Made by a program: the position numbers and the translations under genes. A DNA stretch of 64,000 nucleotides from Candidatus Poribacteria bacterium (GTDB taxonomy: Bacteria; Poribacteria; WGA-4E; WGA-3G): NCBI GenBank assembly GCA_003635315.1, contig PYJD01000031.1, positions 157,958 through 221,957 on the forward strand, read 5' to 3'. Shown here piece by piece: positions 18,550-27,909 of this stretch (within the stretch, counting starts at the first letter, position 1; each line of letters starts with the position of its first letter). The notes under the pieces were generated by a model. The model was not told where the DNA came from and searched no databases. It was given only the letters and a program-made list of their open reading frames with translations.

Positions 18550-18968
18550 AGAGAATAAATGATGAAAATCTATAAAAACGATCCTAAATACCAATACCCT
18601 CTTTATGTCAAAAAAACAGCTTTAATATGCAGTTTGAAAAACACAAAATCAGCAAGGAAAGAAAAACACAAAATCACACTTTTTGGAAATTCTTATAAAG
18701 TCAATTCAAAATGGAGTGAACTCAGTCTATGACAGAGGTTAGAGGGGTAATTTACACTAATTTCAATCCTACAAAATGTAGGAAAAAGTGTAACTTTTTT
18801 CACTTTTTACACACTTTTTCACCACAGGGAAAAATCAACATTTTCACGATTTATTATATGGGAATTTAGGATTAAAGGTCTGTTTTTGACCCCTATTCGT
18901 TCGTCTGGATATTAGGATTAAATGTTCAATTTACGAATATGAGTTTTAATACAATTTCTAAATGAAAA
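18550..18968 (+). repeat. ~420-bp non-coding element, copy 1. About 80-85% identical to the reverse complement of 59455..59883.
   Basis: Colinear match across the whole length (AGAGAATAAATGATGAaAAtCTATAAAAACGATCCTAAATACCA ... GGGAATTTAGGATTAAAGGTCTGTTTTTG ... TATTAGGATTAAA). Contains hairpin + AAAAGTGTAACTTTTTTCAC motif. Confidence 0.7.
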
Positions 18969-19015
18969 TGTCTCTCTTTGTAGCATAAACTGATAGTTTG
19001 TGCCACATTACGCTT
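18935..19015 (+). mobile_element. MITE-A variant copy (core CATAAACT-gat-AGTTTGTG)
   Basis: Same architecture as other MITE-A copies, with compensatory substitutions in the stem. Confidence 0.5.
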
Positions 19016-19252
19016 CAGTTCTACTGTAACTATTGTAAAAATTAAGGCAGGATATCTAAAACTGAATAGTCCTGCAAATATATTAAAAGTACTTGTCAAA
19101 ATAGAGGAATTATACAATACTATATTGTAGAATCTTTAAGAATCTCAAATGAATAATTTAAAATACAAAAATAATACATACAAAAGAACATCACATTACT
19201 TACCGAAATCGTTTAGAAAAAATATCAATCAAGCTAAACGAAGGAGAATAAA

Positions 19253-22210
19253 TTGAAAGTCTTAAAACTTATTCTATTTTTCTCATTTATCTTTTCTGTT
19301 CCAGTTTCAATAGCCTATGAATACCAGTGGATAAATAATGAAGAAATCGAAGGGGCAGACAGCGTTACAGAGGTTAAGCCTCTCCAAGTCATTTTTCTTG
19401 ATGAACCCATTGAGGTGGTAACACACAGTGCCTCTTTGCGTTTGATGCAAAAGTATTCTGTATACCTTGGCACAGAATGGAGTCCGGGGAACGCATATCG
19501 ACTGCTTAAAACTTTCGAATCCATACCCCAACTGACAAACAATCCTTATCATGTTGAACCCACAGTACCTTATTCCTTATGGAAACTGACCCGAAAACAC
19601 ATTCAGGGTGACATCGAAATAGATGTTAGAAATAGACAGACTATTGTTACTGTTTCAGAGGGTGCGTTTACCTATACTGAACCGAGATTGGCAGAGATTG
19701 AAGGTGTGGAAGGACGCTACTTTTCGAAACGACTACATCACGCAGTTGTTCGGTTCGTAACAGATGACGGTAGAGACAGACAAGCAATTGAGTACATATT
19801 GAACAAACGTTATGGGATCAGTTTAAATGTACCCGACTACACAGAATTGACGCGACACACAACAGGTGAGCACGCTGCGCGTTTCACAACCTTTAAAGAC
19901 GAAGAGGTGTTGGATCTCGTCAATATGATTGAGGAATTCCCAACTGGCATGCATAAAATTACGGGACTGAATTACATCATTCGACGTTTAGATGGAACAC
20001 CCCACCCACTTTATCCCACTGCTCCCGCAGTCGCATGGACACAGAGCGGTTACATTGAGTTCATGGAATCCGCATTTCTGGAACAAGGAGCAGACTATAT
20101 CCACCGTTTAATCCTTCATGAAAAGGCACACTTTTTGTGGGAATACCTATTTGATGATCAACTCAAACAGGATTGGATTGAGCTTGGAGGTTGGTATGAA
20201 AATCCAGACGATGTGGATGGGTGGTCTACGACAAAACAGCTTGAGTTTGTTTCCGCGTATGCACACGGCAAGAATCCTAATGAGGATATGGCAGAGAGTA
20301 TCAGTCATTACATCGTTCGACCTGACATACTCCGGTCACGCGCACCAGACAAATATCAATTCATCCAAGATCGGATTATGCACGGCACACGTTATATATC
20401 ACGCATACGCGAAGATCTAACCTTCCAGGTCTACAACCTTTATCCTGATGTCGTGTATCCAGGACGAATTATACGGGTGAATATAGATGTTAGTGGTGAA
20501 CCGGAAGCAGATAAACGTATAGTGATTGAAATAGAACTACACCAGACAGGAGATTTAGACACAGCACAAGCATCAAGTGTCAGAATATTTAGTGACAAAG
20601 GCACATACTTTGACATCTGGCTGTATCCAATAAAAAACGGTATATATACGGATACAGGACATATTCTGCGAGGTGAGGTAGTTTTATCGCGCTATGCTGC
20701 ACACGGATATTGGGGTCCAGATGCGATTACTCTCAAAGATGCTCAAGGAAATGAACGACACCAATCACAAACCGATTTTGGATGGAAACTCTATATCAAC
20801 AGTCCGTTAGCTGACACGGAGGCACCGATTTATGTAAAAAACTCTATGCGTCTTTCCTTGTCAGATGATATGGAAAATGGAAGGCCACTGCAAATATTGA
20901 CGGCTCAGTGGAAGATCATTGAGCAAAATGATATTGAATCCATTTCAGCACGAGCAAACGACGAAAGTGATGAGACTTATTCACGACATTCGTTTAACTT
21001 TGGAACATACGATAAACAGACCGGTTTAGCGACTGTTAAGCTTATTATCCCTGATTACTTCCAAACCGGGATATATTCACTGAACCATATAAGTATGAAA
21101 GATATCGCATTAAACACACGCGGCGTCTACTTTACTAAACCGCATTCCAGCATAAGGGACGAAGAAGAAATCCTTGATGAGAAACCTGCCACCATCCATA
21201 TTAAAACAACAAACCCTGATAGCAATCCCCCTATTCTTGATTTGAACTGGATTACTGTAACAGCAGAACCGACAAATCCTGATGAACCAAACGGGGAAAC
21301 ACGAGTTGATATTACCTTCAGAATTAAGGATGACATCAGTGGATATAGTAAGACATATATTGATTTACGTGATCCACATGGCGTGGTTCACACCTTTTCA
21401 CATCTTCATAGCGATTATTACAAAACCTATTTCACAGAGGATCCATTTGACTTTAAAATCTACAACAAAACGATTATTCTTCCTGTTGGTAGCGTCCCGG
21501 GTACATGGGGTATTTCTCAGATGACAGTTCAAGATAAGGCACAAAACATCCTACGCGCCGACTTCACAGAAATTGTCCGTTTTGTTGTGAATGATATGTC
21601 TGTCATATCTCAATACGACGTCAATGGTGATGGAAAGATAGACATACTGGATTTAATAATGGTAGCAAATGCATTTGGAACGACTGAGAATGATAGTGCG
21701 GATGTCAACGGTGATGGTGCTGTCAATATACAAGATTTAGTAGGAGTTGCCAGTCATATCGGTGAAGGATCTTTAGAGGCACCGACTACACACAATCTAA
21801 CTGCCAACCAAATACAAAGTTGGATCACACAAGCAACACAAGTCGATGACGGTAGTCCTGCTTTCCAGTCAGGTATTCGTGTGTTACAAGACCTCTTACT
21901 CGAACTGCAACCAGAAAAGACTGAACTGTTGCCAAATTATCCTAACCCGTTTAACCCGGAGACATGGATTCCCTATAAATTGGCAAATCCAAGTGATATA
22001 ATAATAAATATCTATGATTCGAGTGGCAGCCTTGTGCGTCAACTTGACTTGGGTCATCAGTCAACCGGTATATACCAGATTCGTAGTCGTGCTGCATATT
22101 GGGATGGTCGGAATAAGCTTGGGGAACGGGTGGCGAATGGAATCTATTTTTATCAACTGCAGACGGATAGTGTTTCACCACCACTTAGGAAAATGGTTAT
22201 TCTGAAATAA
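19253..22210 (+). CDS. Secreted multidomain zinc metalloprotease (HExxH) with dockerin-type repeats and a T9SS (Por) C-terminal sorting domain
   Basis: Signal peptide; HEKAHFLWEY (HExxH); dockerin repeats DVNGDGKIDILDLIMV and DVNGDGAVNIQDLVGV; C-terminus LLPNYPNPFNPETWIPYKL...NGIYFYQL...KMVILK typical of a T9SS sorting domain. Confidence 0.75.
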   Translation: MKVLKLILFFSFIFSVPVSIAYEYQWINNEEIEGADSVTEVKPLQVIFLDEPIEVVTHSASLRLMQKYSVYLGTEWSPGNAYRLLKTFESIPQLTNNPYHVEPTVPYSLWKLTRKHIQGDIEIDVRNRQTIVTVSEGAFTYTEPRLAEIEGVEGRYFSKRLHHAVVRFVTDDGRDRQAIEYILNKRYGISLNVPDYTELTRHTTGEHAARFTTFKDEEVLDLVNMIEEFPTGMHKITGLNYIIRRLDGTPHPLYPTAPAVAWTQSGYIEFMESAFLEQGADYIHRLILHEKAHFLWEYLFDDQLKQDWIELGGWYENPDDVDGWSTTKQLEFVSAYAHGKNPNEDMAESISHYIVRPDILRSRAPDKYQFIQDRIMHGTRYISRIREDLTFQVYNLYPDVVYPGRIIRVNIDVSGEPEADKRIVIEIELHQTGDLDTAQASSVRIFSDKGTYFDIWLYPIKNGIYTDTGHILRGEVVLSRYAAHGYWGPDAITLKDAQGNERHQSQTDFGWKLYINSPLADTEAPIYVKNSMRLSLSDDMENGRPLQILTAQWKIIEQNDIESISARANDESDETYSRHSFNFGTYDKQTGLATVKLIIPDYFQTGIYSLNHISMKDIALNTRGVYFTKPHSSIRDEEEILDEKPATIHIKTTNPDSNPPILDLNWITVTAEPTNPDEPNGETRVDITFRIKDDISGYSKTYIDLRDPHGVVHTFSHLHSDYYKTYFTEDPFDFKIYNKTIILPVGSVPGTWGISQMTVQDKAQNILRADFTEIVRFVVNDMSVISQYDVNGDGKIDILDLIMVANAFGTTENDSADVNGDGAVNIQDLVGVASHIGEGSLEAPTTHNLTANQIQSWITQATQVDDGSPAFQSGIRVLQDLLLELQPEKTELLPNYPNPFNPETWIPYKLANPSDIIINIYDSSGSLVRQLDLGHQSTGIYQIRSRAAYWDGRNKLGERVANGIYFYQLQTDSVSPPLRKMVILK

Positions 22211-22260
22211 ACTACCCAAGTAATTACACGCTTTACACCTAACCATTCAACCAACCCGGT

Positions 22261-22287
22261 AGGAGCGGTTTGGAACCGCTCCGAATA
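22261..22287 (+). terminator. Hairpin GGAGCGGTTTGGAACCGCTCC downstream of the protease gene (putative terminator; weak U-tract)
   Basis: Perfect 7-bp GC-rich stem 50 bp past the stop. Confidence 0.4.
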
Positions 22288-22331
22288 TAATATAACATGC
22301 GTATTTATGACAACTATTCATTTAGAAATGG

Positions 22332-22772
22332 TTGATATGGAGAAATCTAATGTATAAATTATTTCTACCCATTATGTTGTTGAGTATACTTATCATGGGT
22401 TGTATACCAGATTCACCATTAGATCCTGATGAAACCTCCAATCCGACTTACATTACAACACAATTTATCATGCAAGGTGCTAAAGTAGTTTCAAACGATG
22501 GAACTGACACATTTCTTGGAGAAATCACAGGAAAATATAATAGCAACTCTATATTCAACAATTATGGTATATACGGGAGTAAATATAGTGTAACGTCTAT
22601 TTGGAATCCATATAGCATATATGGAAGTAAATATAGTATATATAGTGCCTTTAATGACTACACAATTACCCCTCCACAGATAATAAAAAACAATACAAGA
22701 ATCGGTTATCTCACAACCAACAAACATTTACATGGAGGAGTAAGCCCCAACCTTCTAAAGTCACTTTTCTAA
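22332..22772 (+). CDS. Small lipoprotein with Y/S-rich repeats (hypothetical)
   Basis: Lipobox LIMGC; repeats YGIYGSKYSVTSIWNPYSIYGSKYSIYS. Confidence 0.45.
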   Translation: MIWRNLMYKLFLPIMLLSILIMGCIPDSPLDPDETSNPTYITTQFIMQGAKVVSNDGTDTFLGEITGKYNSNSIFNNYGIYGSKYSVTSIWNPYSIYGSKYSIYSAFNDYTITPPQIIKNNTRIGYLTTNKHLHGGVSPNLLKSLF

Positions 22773-22841
22773 CCGGGAACATCTATCTTCATAATAAGCA
22801 CACGTAGGGTTCCAACCTATAAGAACCCCAAAATAAAACAA

Positions 22842-22955
22842 TACCATTTCTAATTTATAAACTCTCTTTTTTGTAGCACAAACTTTCAGTTTGTGTCTTC
22901 CTTGTTTCATTTCTAACAGCCAGTAATGAGAGAAATAATAAATTTGAAATGGTAT
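22842..22955 (+). mobile_element. MITE-A copy (reference copy)
   Basis: ATACCATTTCTAATT...CTCTCTTTTTTGTAGCACAAACTTTCAGTTTGTGTCTTCC...AATGAGAG...TTTGAAATGGTAT; a degenerate second copy lies at ~23040..23110 (core CATAATCTG-tca-GATTGTG). Confidence 0.7.
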
Positions 22956-23287
22956 AATCAACCTTTCAACATACCTTACGATCCCTAAAATTCACACATA
23001 AAGTGCAGTTTCCCGATCACACGGATTTTATATATAACCTTAGTTGCCACCTATGTAGCATAATCTGTCAGATTGTGCCTAAGGTAATGTGACAAAATCA
23101 ATAGAAATGGCATCATTATATGAGTACACTAATCCTGTCTAATTAAAATATCGTCACAGATCGTATAAACTGCTAAAATAGTTTATACTATTAGGCTATC
23201 ATCTTGTATAGATAGACATTATTTAAAATGACCTATGGTTTTATTATATATTTTATATGTGGCAACTTATAATAGAAGAGGTGGAGA

Positions 23288-24427
23288 ATGAACAATAAGA
23301 GGATTATCATCATCGGTGGTGGTGTGATTGGACTTGGCATAGGGTGGCAGTTAGCAAAAGCAGGTGCAGCTGTCACCATACATGAACGAGGACAAGCCGG
23401 ACGCGGGGCATCATGGGCAGCCGGTGGGATGCTCGGTCCTATCGCTGAGGCACACATTGACGAACTTGATCTGCTGAAACTCAGTAATCAAAGTTTAGAA
23501 CGCTATCCAGAATGGGTTGATGAGTTAGAATCTGAAACAGAAATGACTATCGGTTACAGAGCAGAAGGTACGCTCATAATTGGAATTAACCCTGATGATT
23601 CATATCAACTCAAACACGCATATAACTTATATAAAGATTTAGGATTAAATGTTGAGTGGTTGAGTGGACAAGAAGCACGAAAAATTGAAGGTGCACTCTC
23701 ACCATACGTAACGGCAGCGATTCGTTGTGAAACTGACCATCAAGTCGATAACCGTCTGATGGTCCAAGCACTGGAACATGCATATCTGGGGCGAGGTGGT
23801 GTGCTCCAGCAAAACAGCAATGTGGAGAAAATTGTCATTGAAAACGGTAACGTAACTGGTATTCAAACACAAGATGGTTTTCAAGATGCGGATGTATGTA
23901 TTCTCGCTGCTGGATGCTGGTCGGGACAGATCAACGGGTTACCGGATTCTATGATTCCTCCCGTGCGTCCCGTAAAAGGGCAGATGTTAGCATTACAAAT
24001 GCGTGAAGATAATATGATTAGTAATGTCGTTCGTACCGTCAAGGCAAGGTATCCGATGCCTGTATATTTAGTACCGAGAAAAGACGGAAGACTTGTCATC
24101 GGAGCAACAACCGAGGAGTTAGGGTTTGACACAGATCTGATCGTCGGTGGTATATATGAACTCCTTCACGGTGCGTTTGAAGCTGTACCGAGCTTTTACG
24201 ATCTACCGCTAATAGAGACCTGGACAGGTTTACGTCCCGGTAGCAGTGACAATGCACCCATCCTTGGCAAAACACCGGTTGGAAATTTAATCTATGCAAC
24301 AGGTCACTATCGAAACGGCATCTTACTCACCCCCATCACAGCATACGAAATATCTAAACTGATCCTGACGGGAGAGACACCAGAAACAATAGCACCCTTC
24401 CATCTGGATCGGTTTTCAGACGAGTAG
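23288..24427 (+). CDS. thiO: FAD-dependent glycine oxidase / D-amino-acid oxidase family (ThiO-like)
   Basis: N-terminal dinucleotide-binding fold IIIIGGGVIGLGIGWQLAKAG; C-terminal GHYRNGILLTP motif; 379 aa. Confidence 0.6.
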   Translation: MNNKRIIIIGGGVIGLGIGWQLAKAGAAVTIHERGQAGRGASWAAGGMLGPIAEAHIDELDLLKLSNQSLERYPEWVDELESETEMTIGYRAEGTLIIGINPDDSYQLKHAYNLYKDLGLNVEWLSGQEARKIEGALSPYVTAAIRCETDHQVDNRLMVQALEHAYLGRGGVLQQNSNVEKIVIENGNVTGIQTQDGFQDADVCILAAGCWSGQINGLPDSMIPPVRPVKGQMLALQMREDNMISNVVRTVKARYPMPVYLVPRKDGRLVIGATTEELGFDTDLIVGGIYELLHGAFEAVPSFYDLPLIETWTGLRPGSSDNAPILGKTPVGNLIYATGHYRNGILLTPITAYEISKLILTGETPETIAPFHLDRFSDE

Positions 24428-24629
24428 CATCTTTAGAATCTACATGTTTATCCTACCGTGTACCACATTTTCACTTGAATTATCAGACCAATATGGACAA
24501 TGGTAGAACATAATGATAATTTTACCATACCGATATCAATTATACCATAGGGTTATTTAGTTTTCTAAATTTCCACTACTTTTTATTTATTCCGTAATTG
24601 TATATATTGTTATCTTATATAGGTCTTTA

Positions 24630-24980
24630 GTCCCATCGGGACGGAATGTTTATAGCAAAAGTGTATACACCATAGGGAGTTCCATCAGGACGGAATGTTT
24701 ATAGAAAAAATGCGAACCCCTATCTTGAGTTCCGACATATGCTATATGCTTATTTGACGTTGATTAGGTAGGGACGGAATGTCTATAGAAGAACGTATTC
24801 ACACAGTCTTGAGTCCCATCGGGACGGAATGTTTATAGAAAAATGCGAACCCCTATCTTGAGTTCCGTAGGAACGGAATGTTTATAAAAGAACGTATTCA
24901 CACAGTCTTGAGTCCCATCGGGACGGAATGTCTATAGAAAAATGCGAACCCTATCTTGAGTTCTGTATGAACAGCATAAT
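24630..24980 (+). repeat. Family-B tandem array. It carries about 7 units of a ~26-bp hairpin repeat (GTCCCATCGGGACGGAATGTTTATAG) separated by ~23-bp segments that themselves recur in alternation. CRISPR-like but not CRISPR.
   Basis: Stem variants GTCCC/GGGAC and GTTCC/GGAAC (compensatory). 'Spacers' AAAAATGCGAACCCCTATCTTGA and AAGAACGTATTCACACAGTCTTGA each occur 3 times. Confidence 0.7.
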
Positions 24981-25529
24981 CAAAAAACATATCGTCACGG
25001 GTGGGTATAAACTTTGAGTAAATAACAATAACGGAAGCCCCTTAAAAATATGACATTTTCATCAACTATTCATGAAATCCTACAAATCGTTGTAGGTTCT
25101 TCCTATTGAGGATCTAACAAATCATCATATAAGTCAATAAAGTATCGTAAAATATTGTTCTTGACAAATACAACCAAATATGTTTTAATTTTGATTGATG
25201 AGTTACGATGTGCCACAGTTTAGAGGGTTTTTGCATCATTATTACGTTAATTCCCTCCTAATGCTTAACAAAATTTACCACTTTTCTAAGGAAAAATAAA
25301 AACGGGGAGATTTCATAAATAGATATAGGAACGAGTGGATCACATGGCGTAGAAATAACAATTATGATTGTAATGAGGTTGCCATGGGAGCACATGTTGA
25401 CGATGTTTTGAGATCGTTAGTTAGTTCAAACAAACTTAAAAGATTAGGTAATGGATGGGATAGAGTTGTTAGTACTGAAGCAATAAACATAGAAGTACCA
25501 TCGATATTTTAGAACATGATTTCGTAAAG

Positions 25530-25651
25530 TTAAGACAAGTATTCTTTCTCAAATTCAATTGGTGTTAAATAGCCTAATGCTGAGTGAGATCGTTTATGGT
25601 TATACACTTTTTCACTAAACTGTCCAATGCGTATATGGTATCGTGATATCA
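25530..25651 (-). pseudogene. C-terminal fragment of an IS3-family transposase (integrase-core end)
   Basis: Minus-strand translation MTMMISRYHIRIGQFSEKVYNHKRSHSALGYLTPIEFEKEYLS* matches the conserved rve-domain C-terminus (YNxxRxHSALGYxTPxEF). An in-frame stop lies immediately upstream, so only a ~43-aa remnant remains. Confidence 0.6.
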
Positions 25652-25689
25652 TCATAGTCATTCAGATGGATTTCACCCCTCCTTGACAG

Positions 25690-26334
25690 AAGGTTGAAAA
25701 TGCAGAGATAACTGAAGCACCCCAACTCAAAGGTGATGTAAACGGCGATGGTATCGTCAACATACAAGATTTGGTGTTAGTCACTTCTAATCTTGGGAAA
25801 TAGGGACAAATGCTGCGGATGTGAACGGTGATGGCATCGTTAATATTCAGGATCTCGTCCTTGTTGCTGGTGCATTAGGTACAAGTGCAGCCTCACCATC
25901 TATACTTTCCCAATCATTAGAGACACTACAACTGCAGATGTCAAATTGTGGTTATCTCAAGCACAACAACTAAATCTCACGGATACTACCTCCCAGCGCA
26001 GTAGCCTGTTCTTAGAACAACTCCCTGAGACGTTAACACCGAAAGAGACAGCACTGCTACCAAACTATCCAAATCCGTTCAACCCAGAGACGTGGATACC
26101 GTATCAGTTAGCGAAGGATGCGAATGTTGCACTGCATATCTATGCTGTAAACGGCACATTGGTGAGAACATTAGCACTCGGATATCAGGCTGCGGTCGGT
26201 ATCAGAACCGTAGTCGTGCCGCGTATTGGGATGGTAAGAATGAATTCGGTGAACGCGTGGCGAGTGCAGTGTATTTCTATACACATACAGCAGGTAATTT
26301 CACTGCTACGCGTAAGATGTTGATACGGAAGTAA
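25690..26334 (+). pseudogene. Frameshifted remnant of a dockerin + T9SS C-terminal domain, copied from the 3' end of the 19253..22210 gene
   Basis: Frames contain GDVNGDGIVNIQDLVLV, ADVNGDGIVNIQDLVLVAG, then LLPNYPNPFNPETWIPYQL...HIYAVNGTLVRTLALGYQ, and in another frame RSRAAYWDGKNEFGERVASAVYFY...RKMLIRK. Confidence 0.7.
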
Positions 26335-26443
26335 ACCTTATCAACGAAACACGGAAGAGTGTAAGCTAACACCCTTCTATTAACAACCTGACTGCACAAC
26401 TACACATTGCATTCATAAATCAATAAAGGAGTTTATGTTGAAA

Positions 26444-27076
26444 ACTTTAGTTGTAAATGTAAATAATTTTGTATCAAGACCACTAATTTTGAGTTTTATT
26501 ATAGTCGTTTTAGTTATGTTCTCTAAAGCTTCTGTTTCGGTAGCTGAATTTGAGGTAGGAACACAATTCGGATTTACCCGACTTGTTCCCACAGATGAAA
26601 CTTAATCTTCAGTATCGGTTCTACAGGTACCCTCAGGAGAAATATCTGGTGTTGGTGCCTCGCCTTACCTAACTTTCTTTCCTCATAAGCAGCTTGCTGT
26701 TAGTCCTGCATTCGATTTTACACGGCTAACGACAACAACGTCTTTTACACTTTGGGGAGAAAGTGAAAAAGTAACCGTGAGTGCAAGCCAACTCTACTTA
26801 GGAAGTAAATTTCATTATTTTTTTATCGGTCATCAAGTGTCTAATCCTTATTTATTTGGAAAAGTGTCCATAACCGCTCCATTTAGTGAAAACAGTGACA
26901 GTGAAGTATTATTTCATACTGGGATTGGTCTTGGTTACCAATTGCCCATTGTCCCTGCTTATTTTCTTCGGTTGGAAGGACAGTACAACCGTTTGATAAA
27001 TGAAGACGAAAACGCTAACGGTTTTTCAGTAATGATGGGTATTGGTGTGCGGTTTGGAAACAACGAAGAAAGATAG
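26444..27076 (+). pseudogene. Probable disrupted outer-membrane beta-barrel gene (signal peptide in one frame, rest of protein in another)
   Basis: MLKTLVVNV...VLVMFSKASVSVAEFEVGTQFGFTRLVPTDET* stops at 26604. Beta-barrel-like sequence continues in a different frame to 27076 (…GIGLGYQLPIVPAYFLRLEGQYNR…GIGVRFGNNEER). Confidence 0.4.
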
Positions 27077-27344
27077 CACACTGAGAGAACACGTGGTAAC
27101 GATTTTACCACTACAGCAAAATGTTGATATAATGTAGTAGGTTGGGTCGGTTCTCCTTAACGCTCAATCCAACCTACGAAATCCACTATACCTCACCTAC
27201 AACGGAAATACGCAAAATGAATCAATACGCAAAATCTAATATAATAGCGTTATTTACAATACCTTTGTAAAATTAGGTAGCAACATAGGTTAGTATAAAT
27301 CAATATAAGGCACTATATCGGTAAGGTTCTATAATCTGTAAACC

Positions 27345-27385
27345 CAAAAACAGGTAGGTAATATATCAATTACCTACCTGTTTTT
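27345..27385. terminator. Bidirectional rho-independent terminator
   Basis: AAAAACAGGTAGGTAAT-atatca-ATTACCTACCTGTTTTT (perfect 15-bp stem flanked by A/T runs). Confidence 0.8.
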
Positions 27386-27639
27386 ATATAAAAGTTATTC
27401 AAACACATTAACAAGCCGTGTCCGGACAATCAAGTTTTCATATTTTTGCCAATATTGATAACACCAATCCGTCCATCTTAAGGTAATCCTTACAGAGAAA
27501 CATAAACATACACCCAGATAGCCAGAAACGATCTTATACATTTTTTTATCATTGTTATGTCATTGAAGATTAACTATTGGTTGGGTATAGTATGTATTTT
27601 GATTTACGCATCAATTAATACCATTACAGATATAAAATA

Positions 27640-27720
27640 TCTCTCCCTTGTAACCTAAACTGCCAGTTTGTGGCACAATCCGCTTTCTCTCTAACAACAG
27701 GTAATCGAAAAAATATAATA
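27640..27720 (+). mobile_element. MITE-A variant copy (core CCTAAACT-gcc-AGTTTGTG)
   Basis: Same spacing and flanks as other copies, with stem covariation. Confidence 0.5.
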
Positions 27721-27766
27721 AAAATTGAAGAAATATTAAAGAACAAACATCACATTTATAAATTAG

Positions 27767-27797
27767 TTGACAGAATAGTAAACATACGTTACAATAC
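27767..27797 (+). promoter_or_regulatory. Sigma-70-like promoter (TTGACA-17-TACAAT)
   Basis: TTGACAgaatagtaaacatacgtTACAAT; the nearest downstream ORF is 27910..28200. Confidence 0.45.
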
Positions 27798-27909
27798 CAG
27801 ATAGTGAATTATTTTAATACTCAAACTAATGCCAAACCAGTATGAATTAAGTATACATATACACTGTTTTACAAATATGACTTCTATCACACAAATTAAT
27901 GGACATTAA

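Noticed and set aside
18575-18745. 56-aa ORF (MKIYKNDPKYQYPLYVKK…) inside the 420-bp element, with a counterpart (MMTTYKNDPKYHNYIYVEK…) in the inverted copy
   Set aside because: Only the first ~20 codons are conserved at the protein level. Afterwards indels shift the frame while nucleotide identity continues for another ~300 bp, so the conserved unit is not a protein-coding gene. It could still be a decayed gene.
24630-24980. Possible CRISPR array (regular ~26-bp hairpin repeats with ~23-bp intervening segments)
   Set aside because: The intervening segments are not unique, because two sequences alternate. The same unit also occurs inverted inside a terminal-inverted-repeat-bounded MITE at 12035-12420, and no cas genes are nearby. 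It was called a structured tandem repeat instead.
27665-27685. Sigma-54 promoter-like TGGCAC-N5-GCTTT inside a MITE-A copy
   Set aside because: The GG-to-GC spacing is 2 nt shorter than the -24/-12 consensus, and the sequence is part of the repeat core.
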